A stretch of 64,000 bases of DNA from Cenococcum geophilum (taxonomy: Eukaryota). The notes under the pieces are model-generated. The model had not been told where the DNA came from. It did not search any database and saw only the letters and a list, made by a program, of their open reading frames with translations. The stretch covers positions 9,920,001 through 9,984,000 of the forward strand of contig CP158635.1 in the NCBI GenBank assembly GCA_050273025.1. Reading direction: 5' to 3'. The position numbers and the translations under genes were made by a program. This document shows positions 49,950 through 63,100 of the stretch, piece by piece (position 1 is the stretch's first letter; each line of letters starts with the position of its first letter).

Positions 49950-50915
49950 CCTCGTAGGATTACGCCAGTAGGTATGTAAGACGGGAGTTGCGACCCCTGC
50001 AAATGGCAGCTTATGCCCATACCGGCGGAAACAATGAAGAAAGGCGTAAAACTAGAGGCTATGGAAGGCTCCCAAGCCGTGCGAGAGCGTACTAACTCTG
50101 GGAGGAAACTCTTATACAGACTGCTGGGGGGCGGACTGGTACTTAGGCTATCCCTATTATAAGATATCCGTAAGAACTGGTGAGAATCCCTATACGATTG
50201 GTGGTGGTAGCTAACTACTTATGGTTGGGACAAAGCACTAAAAAACTGAGGTAGAGGCCTGGATAAGCAGGCATGGGAAACTCTACTATATTATTAGTAC
50301 TACTAGTATATATAACTACCTAACTACCTAGCAGCCTGGACAACACCATACGGTTTTTCTGTCTCCTCTTAAGGAGTGGTGACCCTTGGCGAGGGCTTAG
50401 CAACTGGGGCCTAGGCGTAAAAGATACCCAGGCATACACACACGTCCCGCTCGCCTTTTGGTATAGTAGTAGTTTATAGATAAATTCCCCTTACGCCTTC
50501 GATAGGCCCTAGGGGGGGGAGGTATGGCGTATATAGCAATGGTCAAACAAGAGATAGCACACAGGGGATGGCCAAGATATGGGAAACAACAGTATAGCAA
50601 TTAATTGGCAAGGCCTAGCTGGGACGTAGTGAACCCTAGCTGGGATAAGCTAGAGAAGGAAGCAGTGGTTCCTAAGGAGTTCGAACATCTAAGGAGGACA
50701 GGACGTAGCCGTAGGCCCGCAGGGCCGCCGCTATGGACAAATATGGCAAACTGGGGTTTTTTATCCTACTAAGGTGGCTTATAGTGTTTTTCCTCCCCCA
50801 ACTATAGGGTTTTTCTTCCTGTAAATTATAAGTTTTTCCCCTGTAACGGAGTAGTCTGCGTGGGCCGCGTAGGATCTATATTAGACGTTAAGCAATGAAA
50901 TATTATTATTATTAT
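49950..50915 (+). mobile_element. 5'-truncated copy of the non-coding non-LTR retroposon
   Basis: 16-bp TSD TAATATATAGTTTCTT (49934-49949 / 50916-50931) and (ATT)n tail. Colinear with about 54090-55027. Confidence 0.88.
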
Positions 50916-51646
50916 TAATATATAGTTTCTTATTACTTTACTATCTATTAATACTTCGAACTATTAATCTTACCACTTAACTTATAAATTTAGGTGTTAT
51001 CCTTAAATTCCTTTAAGGGTCTAAGGCTCTACTACTAGTTCCCTTTAGTTTTATAGGCCTCTACTTTTCCTAATCATTAGCTACTTAATCCTATTTATAC
51101 TTAGTCCACTTTTAGCCAATACTTAGTTTGCTTTTTATCTTTAATATACTATAGATACGTGTTCTCTAGGCATTTCTACCACTATTATCCGTCTAGGCAT
51201 TCTTCTATAAGGAATCTTCTTAGCTAAAGTATTAAGTCCCTTTAGCTTTATACTTCTATAGGGTGCCAACTATATATATACTTAGCGTTTTAATATTTCG
51301 CCTTATCTGGTGCTTAATATATCCTTACTAGGTACTTCTAGTTCTTATCTTTAGGTACTCTATATATATTATACGCATTATCTATATATATAATCCATGC
51401 TAATATATAATATACTTAGTGTCTTAGGTTAACTCTTAACTTATCTTTATCCTTAAGTTTAAACCTTTCTTATGTTAATCTAAGTGTTATAACTTTATTT
51501 ATAGGTACTAAGATTTACCTCTTACTTCTCTAGTCCTCTAATTACTCCTTTAGATCTTTTAACGTTATAATTAAAGCTCCTTTAATATAACTTATAGCCT
51601 TTTCTATAATTAGGTGGTCTTGGATAACTTTTTTATCCAACTATAT

Positions 51647-52089
51647 TGTAAGAGTATATATATTAGGTCCCGCCGCGCTTGCGACAAGTTCGCAAGCACT
51701 CTTAGTCTTTTTGGCCGTATGGCGACGTGGAGGCGGGCCACGTTACAATTGTGCTTGCGAACTTACTGGGGCCAGGTATCGTGGGTTCGATCCCTATTAG
51801 TCACTTCGCTCTAGTATAGTCTAACGCGCATCCGTGCGATAAGGCGTCGGTGGAGATTCCGATTGCTTACGTTACTGGGGACTAACTAATATGGTGATAC
51901 TCTTGGCGATAATCCCTGTGGCCCGGAATGGGCGCATAGAGGAATCCCTGCGAGCGCTCGGGGACGAGCGCGCAGAGGAGAGGGCAATTGTAAGAGTATA
52001 TATATTAGGTCCCGCCGCGCTTGCGACAAGTTCGCAAGCACTCTTAGTCTTTTTGGCCGTATGGCGACGTGGAGGCGGGCCACGTTATA
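51647..52089 (+). mobile_element. TRIM (terminal-repeat retrotransposon in miniature), 443 bp
   Basis: 101-bp LTRs at 51647-51747 and 51989-52089, TSD TATAT, PPT AGAGGAGAGGGCAAT, 241-bp non-coding interior. Confidence 0.92.
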
Positions 52090-52691
52090 TATATATAGAA
52101 ATCTTCCCACTTGTCATTATATTGTTATCTATACTACTTTTAGTATAACTCCTTAAGTATATATGGCTTATCCGTAAGGAAGTATTTTCTTATTATTACG
52201 TTATAACAGCCTTTTATATATCGTCCTTTAAACCTAGTTAAAATCCCTAGATTCTCTTTTTATTCTAGTTTAGTAAGCCATTTAGCTCTTAGTATACCTA
52301 TTCTAGGCCTATTAGTAATTCTTCGTACTAGTATCCTATCCCTTATACGACCTAATATACTAAATCTCTTATCTAGTTTCTAATCTTGCTATAAGGTAAT
52401 TCTTACTCTAAATTCCTCTATAGTTTCTTTCTTTTTGCGTCTTATAAGTAGATTTTTAAAGTCTTCTTACTTCCTAATCTTATTAATAGTCCTTATTTAT
52501 ATATTAAAGTCTTAGTCCTATAGGATTCTCAATCCTAAGCTTACTTTTAACTTAAGCTTTACTCCTACCTTAGTCTAACTAGGCTTAGGTATTCTTGTCT
52601 CGTCTTAAGAGTTTTAAATCTTACTTATCTTATTTTAAGAATCTTATACCTATGGGAAACTCTATCCCAAGCTTATTTATATATCTTTAAA

Positions 52692-52776
52692 GCCCGCGAA
52701 GCCCTACTATACGCGTCCATGTCGCTGCGGGTGGAAACATCATTGGGAAATCATTCCTTATAATGGCTAAGTGCAG
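52692..52776 (+). ncRNA. HDV-like self-cleaving ribozyme (RIP-damaged) at the retroposon 5' end
   Basis: P1 GCCCGCG/TGCGGGT with G.U at position 1; P2 CTATAC/GTGCAG; P3 GCG/CGC; L3 TCCATGT; GG for P1.1; P4 hairpin 52735-52765; J4/2 GCTAA. Confidence 0.82.
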
Positions 52777-55027
52777 AGGTAATAGAGGAGAGCCGTCGCA
52801 GCGCGCGCAGCGCGCTGGTGTTGCGACTCTGTGGTGTTAAGCCTACGACGCGTATATCGCCCTTAATAACACTAGGAGTCCTACTGCCCCTGCTTAGAGC
52901 TCCTGCTATACCATCTAGGGGGGCTATTAAGGGAAACTGGGATACAAAAACCGCCTAACGTATAACTACCTGGCTCGCAGCCAGGCCCAAAACTAGCCTT
53001 ATTTAGCTAGTTAACGTAAACGCGCCCTAGGCGTACAATAGGACACCCTTAGGCTTACACTAGCTCTAAGACCAAAAGAATACGGCAAGGGCGTAGGGAA
53101 CCTCTTTTTATAAGAACTTGTTAAGGTTAACGCGTCGTAGATACTTCGTACAAAACTTATTAAGGCCTTAAGGCCACTATAAAGAACTTATTAAGGCCCT
53201 TCTATAAGGGCCTATCTAGTATCCAGTATACCTAGGTAACTTAAAAAAGGGTCTTAATAGGTGTAGTACGCGCAACCTAGATAATAGCGACGTAACTACG
53301 ATATAATAGCAACGTGACGGCGACTAGATGGCTTAACGAGGTAGAAACATAGGTAAAGCTCTAGGTAGCGGAAACATAGGCTAGCTTTAACGGCCCTATA
53401 GCGTACAACTTAGTCGACTTATAGTTAACCTATAGTTGACTTATAGGTGACTTATAGGAGGGTCTTAATAGGCGTAGTGTATGTAACCTAATGCGTATAT
53501 ATATAAGGCGACTTATAGGAGGGTTTTAATAGGCGTAGTATACGTAACCTAATGTATATATATAGGGGAGGCTATAGGGGAAACACAGGCTAGTTAAATA
53601 AGGTCTTAATAGTTAGAGATATAGGCTAGCTTATAAAAGGGGGGAACATAAGCTTAGTTAGTAGAAGAGGGAGGAGTAGGTTATTTGGTGCGGGACCTAG
53701 TGTCTCTACGGCCCCTCTTCTATAAGACACGGTCGGCCTATTATAAGGAGACTCTTATAGGCAACGCAAAACGGGAACCTCCTGCGGGGCGTAGTGTGTA
53801 GTAGCCACTGCTGGCTCTAAGGACCTTACCCCTTAGCTAGGCTCTAACCCTTAATACACCTAATAGGTAGGTAGGATTACGTCCTAGCTAAAGAGACTAC
53901 TACGTAGCTTAAGAGAACGGATGCGCGTGTTAGTATATTAATAGACGGAACCGTTTATCTCTAAGGCGGTATACTAGCGAGATATGCTTAAGGAGTAAAT
54001 AGGAGTTACTTAAGCAGGAAGGTTTTAGCTAGGCCTAACTATAGAAAGTGCGCCTAAGTCTGCATTATAGGATATAGCTATAACGCCTTTATAGGATTAC
54101 GCCAGTAGGTGCGTAAGACGGGAGTTATAACCCCTAGAAATGGCAGCTTATACCTATACCGGTAGAAATAATAAAAAAGGCATAAAACTAGAGGCTATAG
54201 AAGGCTCCTAAGCTATATAAAAGCGTATTAACTTTAAAAGGAGACTCTTATACAGACTGCTAGGGGGTAGACTAGTACTTAGGCTAATAACCCGTTATAA
54301 GATATCTAAAAGAATGGTGAAATTCCCTATATAAGTAGTGGTAGTAGCCAACTACTTATAGACTAGGACTAAAGCACTAAAAAACTAGAGTAGAGGCTTA
54401 GATAAGTAGGTATATTAAACTTTACTATATTGCTAGCTAATATATAACTACCTACCTAGATAACACTATATAGTTTTCCTATCTCCTCTTAAGGAGTGGT
54501 AACCCTTAGCGAGGGCCTAGCAACTAGGGCCTAGGCGTAAAAGATACCTAGGTATATATACACGTCCCACTTACCTTTTAGTATAGTAGTAGTTTATAAA
54601 TAAATCCCCCTTACGCCTTTAATAGGCCCTAGGGGGGGGGAGGTATAGTATATATAGTAATAGTTAAACAAGAGATAGTATATAGGGGATGGCTAAGATA
54701 TAGGAAACAATAGTATAGCAATTAATTAGTAAGGCCTAGCTAGGACGTAGTAAACCCTAGCTAGGATAAGCTAGAGAAGAAAGTAGTAGTTTCTAAGGAG
54801 TTCAAATATCTAAGAAGGATAGAATGTAGCTATAGGCCTATAGGGCCGCCGCTATAGACAAATATGGCAAACTGGGGTTTTTTATCCTACTAAGGTGGCT
54901 TATAGGGTTTTTCCTCCCCCAACTATAGGGTTTTTTTTCCTATAAATTATAAGTTTTTCCCCTATAACAGAGTAGTTTGCGTAGGCCGCGTAGGATCTAT
55001 ATTAGACGTTAAGCAATAAAATATTAT
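52692..55027 (+). mobile_element. Full-length non-autonomous non-LTR retroposon (about 2.3 kb, no recognisable ORF)
   Basis: 14-bp TSD TATATATCTTTAAA (52678-52691 / 55028-55041), 3' stem-loop followed by TAGACGTTAAGCAATAAA and an ATT-repeat tail, internal tandem repeats at 53410-53560. Confidence 0.85.
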
Positions 55028-58000
55028 TATATATCTTTAAACTAAGCTATTACCCTACTCTATCGGTTACTATCTATTGTAGGTCCTTAGGTATACCTTA
55101 TCTTATCTTAAAAATCTTAGTCGTCTTTTATCTTATTTTAAAAATCTTAAGCCTTTAGCCTTTTACCTTTATTAAGTAATAAAGTAGCGCTAGCAGTTAT
55201 CTACTCGCTTAATCTTTATAAAATATTCTTCCTTTTATCTTATAAAGCAATAGATACTATATTTAACGGTATTATAATTCCCGTTACTAAACCTTGCTCT
55301 ATAGTAGTCTTAGTCTCTACTTCTAATATAACTTCTTTAAGGTTTACACGCTCCTAGTAAGCTACCTTTATTGCCTTATTGTCTATAAATACTTCGCCTA
55401 TATTAAACTCGTTATCTTTAATATTCGATCTGCGTAATAGTTTATTAGTTCCCCTATATTTTAAGGATTTTGGCTTCTATAGCTAATAGCTTACGCCGTA
55501 CTTAGCGTCTTTATAAATTTAGTATATGTTATTATAACAGAACGCAAAACTTCTAATTAAACATTCCTTTATTCCTTATAGTATACTATTATCCCTCTAT
55601 ATATATATATCTTCTACTAGTCTAGTTCCCTTTATTACATAGTAACTCTAACTATCTTTATAATCCCTCGCAAAATAACCTTATTTCCCACAATTTATAT
55701 AAGCTCTATCTTTAAACTACTAACTTTACTATAGAGTCCGCCTAAACGTCTTTTATTACTAAAATCCCTGGTTTAGCCTCTACTCCTTAGTCCTATAATT
55801 ACTAAATCCTTAACCTCTAGGTTTTTATAGTTTCTTACTCTATCTCTTATAGGCTTCTTTAGTACCACTTAGGTCTATTAGCTTTACGCCATACTATAGT
55901 TTCTAATTTAGCTTTAGTCGTTGCGTACTTTACGCCTTATATAACTATAAAACTCTATCCTAGCCCCTCTTAGCCTATTCCCTTTAGTAGATCTAATTAT
56001 TATTTTTAATTACTTAATCTATTAATTCCTATAGGGTGTCCATATCTTCTATTAGGATAATTACGTCCTAGACTTTAGCCTTAAGTCCCTATTTATATTA
56101 TGCTATAAGCGCCTTATTATTCCACTTAACTTATATAGCTAGCGTCTGGAACTACGTAGTATACTTAATTACTAAGGTTCGTTGCATAATATCTTAGAGT
56201 TTTCTTTCCGCCGTAGTTACTACCTCTAGGTCTCCAAATATTTATATAAGTCGCTCTATAAACCCTTCCTAGCTTAAAAATATAAATTATACCTTCTAAT
56301 TAGTAGTCGTCATTCCATTTACCTATATTTCCGTAAGGTAAGGCTTAAACTACTTAAGTGCCCTTCCTAATAGGAATAGTCCCGCATATACTATTCGATC
56401 CATAGGTATTAGTAGCTTTACCCCTTTTTATATAACTTTAAAGTGCATTTACGTAAGAAACCCTTTAAGCTTTAATCTCTCTCTTAAGTATCTCTTAATT
56501 AATAGTAACTTGATCTTTACTGCTTCTATCCTATTAACCCTTTCTTTTAGCGCCGCATTATTTATTATTAATTGGTTAACTATCTCTTATAATTATCCGA
56601 CCGTTATAGGTTGCTATAAGTTAGTATTTACTATATTAGTATCACCTTCTAACCTTAAAGTAGTTGCCGCCGTTAATGGCGTTATGGTAGCTGCTTTTAG
56701 TAGCATATTATTTAACTTTTTATATTTAATACCGTAACTAGGTAGTAATTATATAACGGAACCTTATAGTAAGTACTACGATAGGCTTATTATTAGGCTA
56801 GGTATATAGGTAATATAAATTAAAGTTAATAACGTAATAATAACTAATAGAGTAGTTGCCTAACAGATTAACTCTAATTATATTCTAAGAATCACTATAA
56901 GGAAGGAACTATCTAGGTAGGGATTAAGGGTCCTTAAATACACAACCGGACTCCTATAAAATCCTTCTTATATATAATATATATATACTCTATCTACTTT
57001 ATTACAGATTGCACAGATCCTATAGATTATATAGATTACGTCACGTGACTTTAGTTACCATTCCTCGTTATATAGCTCTATCGGTTCCATCCTAGACCGT
57101 ACCTAGATTAACTAACTAGCTTCTTTCAACTCTTCCCTAAGTAGTTATAATATTATACTTAAAGCGTCCGTAACACCTAATAACTAAATCGCCGTATAGC
57201 TGAAATTAAAGTAAGTTTACTACCCCAACTTAATTAAATACGTATATAGGAAGAGATATAACTATATATAGAGATATCTAATATAATTAAGTAACTATAT
57301 TATTGCCTACCTAGTTCGGACGTATAATAACGTAATAGCTTAGTAATAACGTAATAGGAGGGGGGAGGAGGGGGAGGAGATTAGGGGTGGCTTAGCCACT
57401 ATAAGAAGGTCGTAATATTAGTATAGTATTAAACTTTAAAAATTATATCCTGAGAGCTTAATTAACAACCCCTATATAAAATGTTAATAATGTTTAATTA
57501 TAGAGCTTTAAACCGGTAGATCTCCTAGGAATGCCTATTATAAGTAGCTTTAAGTATAAAATCTAGAATATTTAGTAGTGGTATAAGTATAGGACGGGGG
57601 TATATATTTGCGTTCCTAAATATTATTATATAACGCAATTTTTAGGTAATAAAAACCGCCATTAATATTGCTTAACTAATACCTACCGGAGGTTCCTCTG
57701 TCCTTCCTATCTCCTCTCTTACCTATCTCCTTATTAGATACTATCTATATCGCTATATTAACTAATAGATCCCTTAGTAGAGACTAGGGAGGGGTATTAG
57801 AGCGCCTCTAGCTCTTATAAGGAAGAAGAAAGAAGAAGAGAGGAAGGTATAAAGGAGGGAGTATTTATAGACAGGAGGAGGCCCTACGAGTACGTAATTT
57901 GGTAAGTACTAATAGTATAAGATTCTTATATAAGATGGGCTTAATTGCTTACCAAAATATAGGGTGTCTTTATTATTATAGTGGCTACTATAGTAGTAGA

Positions 58001-59232
58001 GACGCCTTAAATATTTAATATAACTAATTACTTAGGCTGTTAATAAGTAAAAGGTAGGCTACTAATATGGTATAAACAATATAGTTATTAATATTATTTA
58101 TAGCCTATTTTTGCTTCTAGTATATATGTAGATCGTCTTTATATTTAGCGTAGAGCTAGTTATAGGCAGTAAGCTAGTTTAGGTCTAGCTTTACTATTAA
58201 TATAGCCGTAGGTAGTATATCCCTTAGTATAGGCCAACTTAGTAGTTCTAGCTTTAGAAGATTGTCTTTCTTCTTAGATAGGTTAATATACTACTATACC
58301 TCGTTAGTTTTAGCTATATCTTAGATAATAAAGAACTATTAAATCTAATTAGATGGCTTATTAAGGATAAGGTTAATTTTTAATTTAGTAAAGGTTGTTA
58401 TTTTTAGAATTTAATAGTTAGGAAGGGTCTAGGTTAGGGTTTAGCTAGCGTTTTAATAAAACCTTATTTAGATATTCCAAACTTTTAATTTAATTCATTA
58501 GTTTAGATTATTAAAATCTAAAATTTTATTACGGGGAGCGCGATTAATAACCCCTACTAATAGCTCTAACTACGTCTAATTTTTAATTTATAAATTGGCA
58601 GATCTATAGGTAATAGTTATTATAAGTAGCTCTAGGTGTAGTATATATAAAATCTTAACTATAGTGTAGAGAAGTCGTAGCTGCTAATATACAGTCTTAA
58701 GTATTCTCGGAGGTTATATAACTTCTTATATAAGCGATATTTTCGCCCTTTAAAAAAATTAAAAAATTAAAAAAAATTAATTAACGCTATAGATAGTAGT
58801 AATATTAATCCGGTAGTACTGCTAATTCTCCCTATATACTATTGTATATATATCTAACAGCTTTAAAAGCGGTAAGAAGGTAAAACGGATAGGGGGGGGT
58901 TAAAATTTAGAAAATTAGATTTCGTGGTTAAGCTATTTAAAAGTTAGGAAACTAAGATAAATGCTATATTCTTTACTTACCTCTAAGCCAGTATATAATT
59001 TTCTAATTAGGAAAAGTCGTTTATAAGTAATTACTACTACCTCCATGCAAAATCTTCTTATTATACCTCTTTAGTCTTACTTATAGATAACTAAAATTAT
59101 TTTATATTAAACCTATATTTAAATATAAGCCCTAAAAGCTTCTTAACTCGTAAGATTGCTATATAGGTTAGCCTAGTTGTTTTATTCTTTTCCTTAATAT
59201 CTAAAACTACCTAGTTAAGTATTAGGCCCTAG

Positions 59233-59645
59233 TGTTACGGACGCTTTAAGTACAATATTACGACTACTTAAAGAAGAGTCGGAGGAAGCTAGTTAGTTAA
59301 TATAGGCACGGTCTAGGATGGAGCTAGTAGAACTATATAACGAGGAATAGTAACTGAGGTTATATAATGTTATACGCAGTGTATAAAGTATATAAAGGGA
59401 ACGTACGTATAATACGTATAATATATACATTATATATAAGCAGAATTTCATAGGAGTACGGTTATGTATTTAAGGACCCTTAGTCCCTACCTAGATAGTT
59501 CCTATCTTATAGTAATTCTTAGAATATAATTAGAGTTAATCTATTAAGTAACTACTCCACTAGTTATTATTACGTTGTTAATTTACTTATAATACCTATA
59601 CACCTAGCCCATTAATAGGACCCACTATAATACTTCCTATAATGT
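59233..59645 (+). mobile_element. Isolated LTR related to the element-B family (opposite orientation, 3' end interrupted)
   Basis: TGTTACGGACGCTTTAAGTA... is the diverged reverse complement of 57175-56752. Confidence 0.8.
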
Positions 59646-59647
59646 TA

Positions 59648-60100
59648 GGAAAAAATTTACCAGCATCTAATTTTACTTTTCTGCCATTTTAGCATTTTTA
59701 GCATTTTCTAGCATTTAGTGTAACGGCTGGCTGCCTCACAGGTATGGATCTCGGTCGTACGTCGGTGGTCAGATTAAGGTTGTTCCGTTTATATACTTAG
59801 TTGTCGCTGCGTCGCTGCCTTTATAGCTCCTTATCTTAGTCTATTTAATACATAGCCCCTTATTATTGCTTGATCTATTGGATCGCTTCCACGGGAAAGC
59901 TAGCCGTGACATTTAGCCGCTAAATGCCGCATTTATAATTAAGTATTAGCATTTAGCAGCTAAATGCAGCATTTATTACTAAGTACTAGCATTTAGCCGC
60001 TAAATGCCGCATTTATAATTAAGTATTAGCATTTAGCTACTAAATGCTAGAAAATGCTAAAATAGCAGAAAAGTAAAATTAGATACTAGTAATTTTTTCC
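59648..60100. mobile_element. Foldback-type MITE with internal 40-bp tandem repeats
   Basis: TIRs of about 50 bp (GGAAAAAATTTACCAGCATCTAATTTTACTTTTCTGC / GCAGAAAAGTAAAATTAGATACTAGTAATTTTTTCC), TA flanks, about 3 units of TAGCATTTAGCCGCTAAATGCCGCATTTATAATTAAGTAT. Confidence 0.75.
59719..59911. mobile_element. Solo LTR (193 bp) nested in the MITE
   Basis: TGTAACGGCTGGCT...AGCTAGCCGTGACA with 5-bp TSD TTTAG. Confidence 0.85.
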
Positions 60101-60172
60101 TAAAGTTCTATATAAAGTTTAAAGTTCTATATAAAGTTTTATATAAAGCTTTGCGCAAAGCTCTATATAAAG

Positions 60173-63100
60173 TGTTGGCCATGGAGGTAGCTTTACCTAT
60201 AGGTAATATTGACCTATGACGACGGCTGTTAAACATTAGTATTAGCCTAATATCGTCTTATTACACCACCCTCTAGGGACCCCTATAGGGGGTCAATTCT
60301 ATTATATATATTAGGGCTCTTAGAGCCACCTTAAATAAAACAGATTACTTATTTAATTCTATATCTCTACCTATAAGCCAGCTTAAGTCATTTATCTTAA
60401 TACCTACCTAGCTAAAAGTTATAAGCCTGGTAACCTTCTAAGCACTAGGGAGATCTTAGTGGCCAGACAACTACCACTAAGCCTCTTTAAGTATAGTTTG
60501 TTACGAAATATTGCGTGCTTTACGCGTAAGCGCGTCTCTTTACGCAACCTTAAAATAAAAGCTAATATGGCAACCAAGGACTCTATAAACCCTCTTTTAC
60601 TAACCTAGAAAGACTAGCCTATATAGTTTTAATTTATCTGCTAAGAAGTAAGTTTTATAAAGATCTAGGACTATGTTAACCCAGATAAGACGGAGAACGA
60701 AATTAAAGAAAACAATAAGCTAGCCATACCTTTGATAGCAGCAGCTCCTATAGCACCTACAGCAGTACCTATAGATCCTATAGTACTAGCAGCGGATTCT
60801 ACAGCTTCTGTAGCACTAGCAGCGGCTCCTATAGCTCTAGTAGTAACTCTATTATCTACTAGAATAGCTACACCTAGGTTATTAAGTTAAGGATAATAAC
60901 CTTAGCAATCTCTAAAGATATAGAGAATGCTCTTTAAGCTCTATAAGCTCTAATGATAGGATTACCTAAAGCGGGAAGAGAAGCTCTATATATTTATAGC
61001 ACTTTTATATACTACCGTAGGCACTAACTTCTTAAGGTATCTTAAGAATCTTACTATACTATATTTAGTTTTAAGACAGCTAAAGAAGGTAACAAAGCCA
61101 TCTTAAGCTACGCTACAGTAGATAGTATTAGACGATCTTAAGAAACGGAAATAAAGGCCTAAATGCTAGACTCTGGAATTATGGCTTTAGCTTTATATTA
61201 CCATTATATAGAATAGCAAAGAGCTAGAGAAAGGGCTAATAGAGGTAATGGAAAGCAGCGTTATATAAGCCTTTATCTAGGACTATAAGGAGATCTATCT
61301 AGCTCTATATTATGCCTTTATTTAAAAGGTAGCAAAGAGGTTAAAGAAGCTCAAAATGGCGACAATAATTAAGGAATTTAACCTCCTCTACAAGCATCTA
61401 AATACGGGACGTAATGCCTATACTACACTTTTAGGGCAGCCAGCTACAGATCCTATAACATCTACCACCCTAATACCTTCTTAATCAACTAAGGCAAAGT
61501 GCTTTGCTTATAGTTTACCCTATAAGTTAAAGAATTGCAAGCAGCTATTTCAGTCTCTTTAAGGTCCGAACTTTATACTAAATAATAAGTATTTATAGAG
61601 GTATTAGGAATGGCTTAAGGTTCTAATAAATAAGCAGTATTATAACAAAAGGGTTAAGCAAATTAAGAGGGAAGGCCCTAGGTCAAGGACGTCTCTATTA
61701 GTTTCTACTAAAAAGATTAAGGATCTAGATAGGCCCCGAGCTATAGCGGCTGCCGTAATAACATCCTACTTATTATCATTATCGCAGAAATATCCGGATC
61801 TGTCTTTAATTAACGCCTAGGGGTATAACACTATAGCAGATACACACTTCTATAACAATATTAGATACTTCTATAACCTTAAGCCATGCATATCTATAGC
61901 AACAGCTAGAGATTCCGGAGTAGAAATCCATAGATATAGTAATATTAGCTTAGCCATTAAGGTAGGCGAATAACGTCTAACTTAGTATCTAATATTAAGG
62001 AACATAGCTTACGCTTTATATTTTTATACTAATCTAATATCCGCAGCAAAGCTCTATAGGGTTAAAGTAATTATAAAGTAATTTATAAACTACTTACACT
62101 ATAAGGATAACGGAAGCCTATTTGCCAACCTTATAGAATACGAAGGTCTTTACCTTATTAATGCCATCGCCTACTTACTACCTACTCCTATAGCCTACGC
62201 TACCTCTACTAGATTCTTTAAGACCTTAGCATATAATAGAGTATAGTATTAGCGCTTACTATACTACAATATAGAGTTAGTGGATTATTTACCAACTACG
62301 GCAGATAGGGTTAAAGTGGTTAAAACAGACAGAGGAAGGACTCCGTACAGTATACTACTTTATAAACTATATATTCTTAGAAAGATAATATAATAAATAT
62401 CTCACAGAATATCCGCAAAGGGAACCTACCCTTTTAAACATATTTACTTTAATATTATTATAAAGGAAGACGGGTTCAATAGAGATACGTATATAGCTCA
62501 CTTTTGGTATAACTATACAAAGTACCATTATACTTTTCCTATTAAGAACCACAAGCAAGAGACACTACTCCTACTCTTTAAATCAATAATAGCATTTACG
62601 AAAAAATTTAATACTTAAGGTATCCGCATTTAGTATATAGACAAGGAGTAAGGTATAGGCGCTAGGGTAAAGAACCTTATATAGCTTAATAGAGGTATTA
62701 TTAAGCAATTAACGCTATATACCCTAGCTTAAAATAAACCTACGGAGAGGTTAGGGAGAGCTATTTCCAAATAAGTAAGGACTGTGGTTATTAAAGCAAA
62801 GTTACCCATAGATCTATAGCCCGAGTTTATACTCCTTACAGTATTCCTACTTAATTAAACTCCTATTAAGTCCATTAACTAAAAGACCCCATTTAAGATA
62901 CTATATAAATAAAAGCCATAGCTAACAGGACTTTATGTAGCCGGATCTTTAACCTACGTGCTTATTAAATATAGCATTCCTAAAAAGGCAAAGTTTAAGC
63001 TACAAGCCTAAATAGGTTATCTTATTAGTATAAAAGCGTTAAATATCTATAGAATATGGATACTAACTACTAACTACATTATCCGATCTTATAATGTACG

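Larger units (their letters stand above)
45391..57175 (-). mobile_element. Ty3/Gypsy chromovirus LTR retrotransposon B, RIP-inactivated, with four nested insertions
   Basis: 424-bp LTRs at 45391-45814 and 56752-57175; PPT on the minus strand at 45815-45830; TSD CCTAA (39048-39052 / 57176-57180). Minus-strand RT (IVYLNNIIIY, ~49000), integrase (ILVIVDKLIKWGYFI) and chromodomain (~46760-46860). Confidence 0.92.

Noticed and set aside
51775..51800. GGTTCGATCC B-box / tRNA-like segment in the TRIM interior
   Set aside because: No A box or cloverleaf; it is equally explained as a GGG-TTCGAT-CCC hairpin.
57181..59230. AT-rich stretch possibly holding a further DNA transposon or gene relic
   Set aside because: Too RIP-degraded to assign termini or domains by eye.
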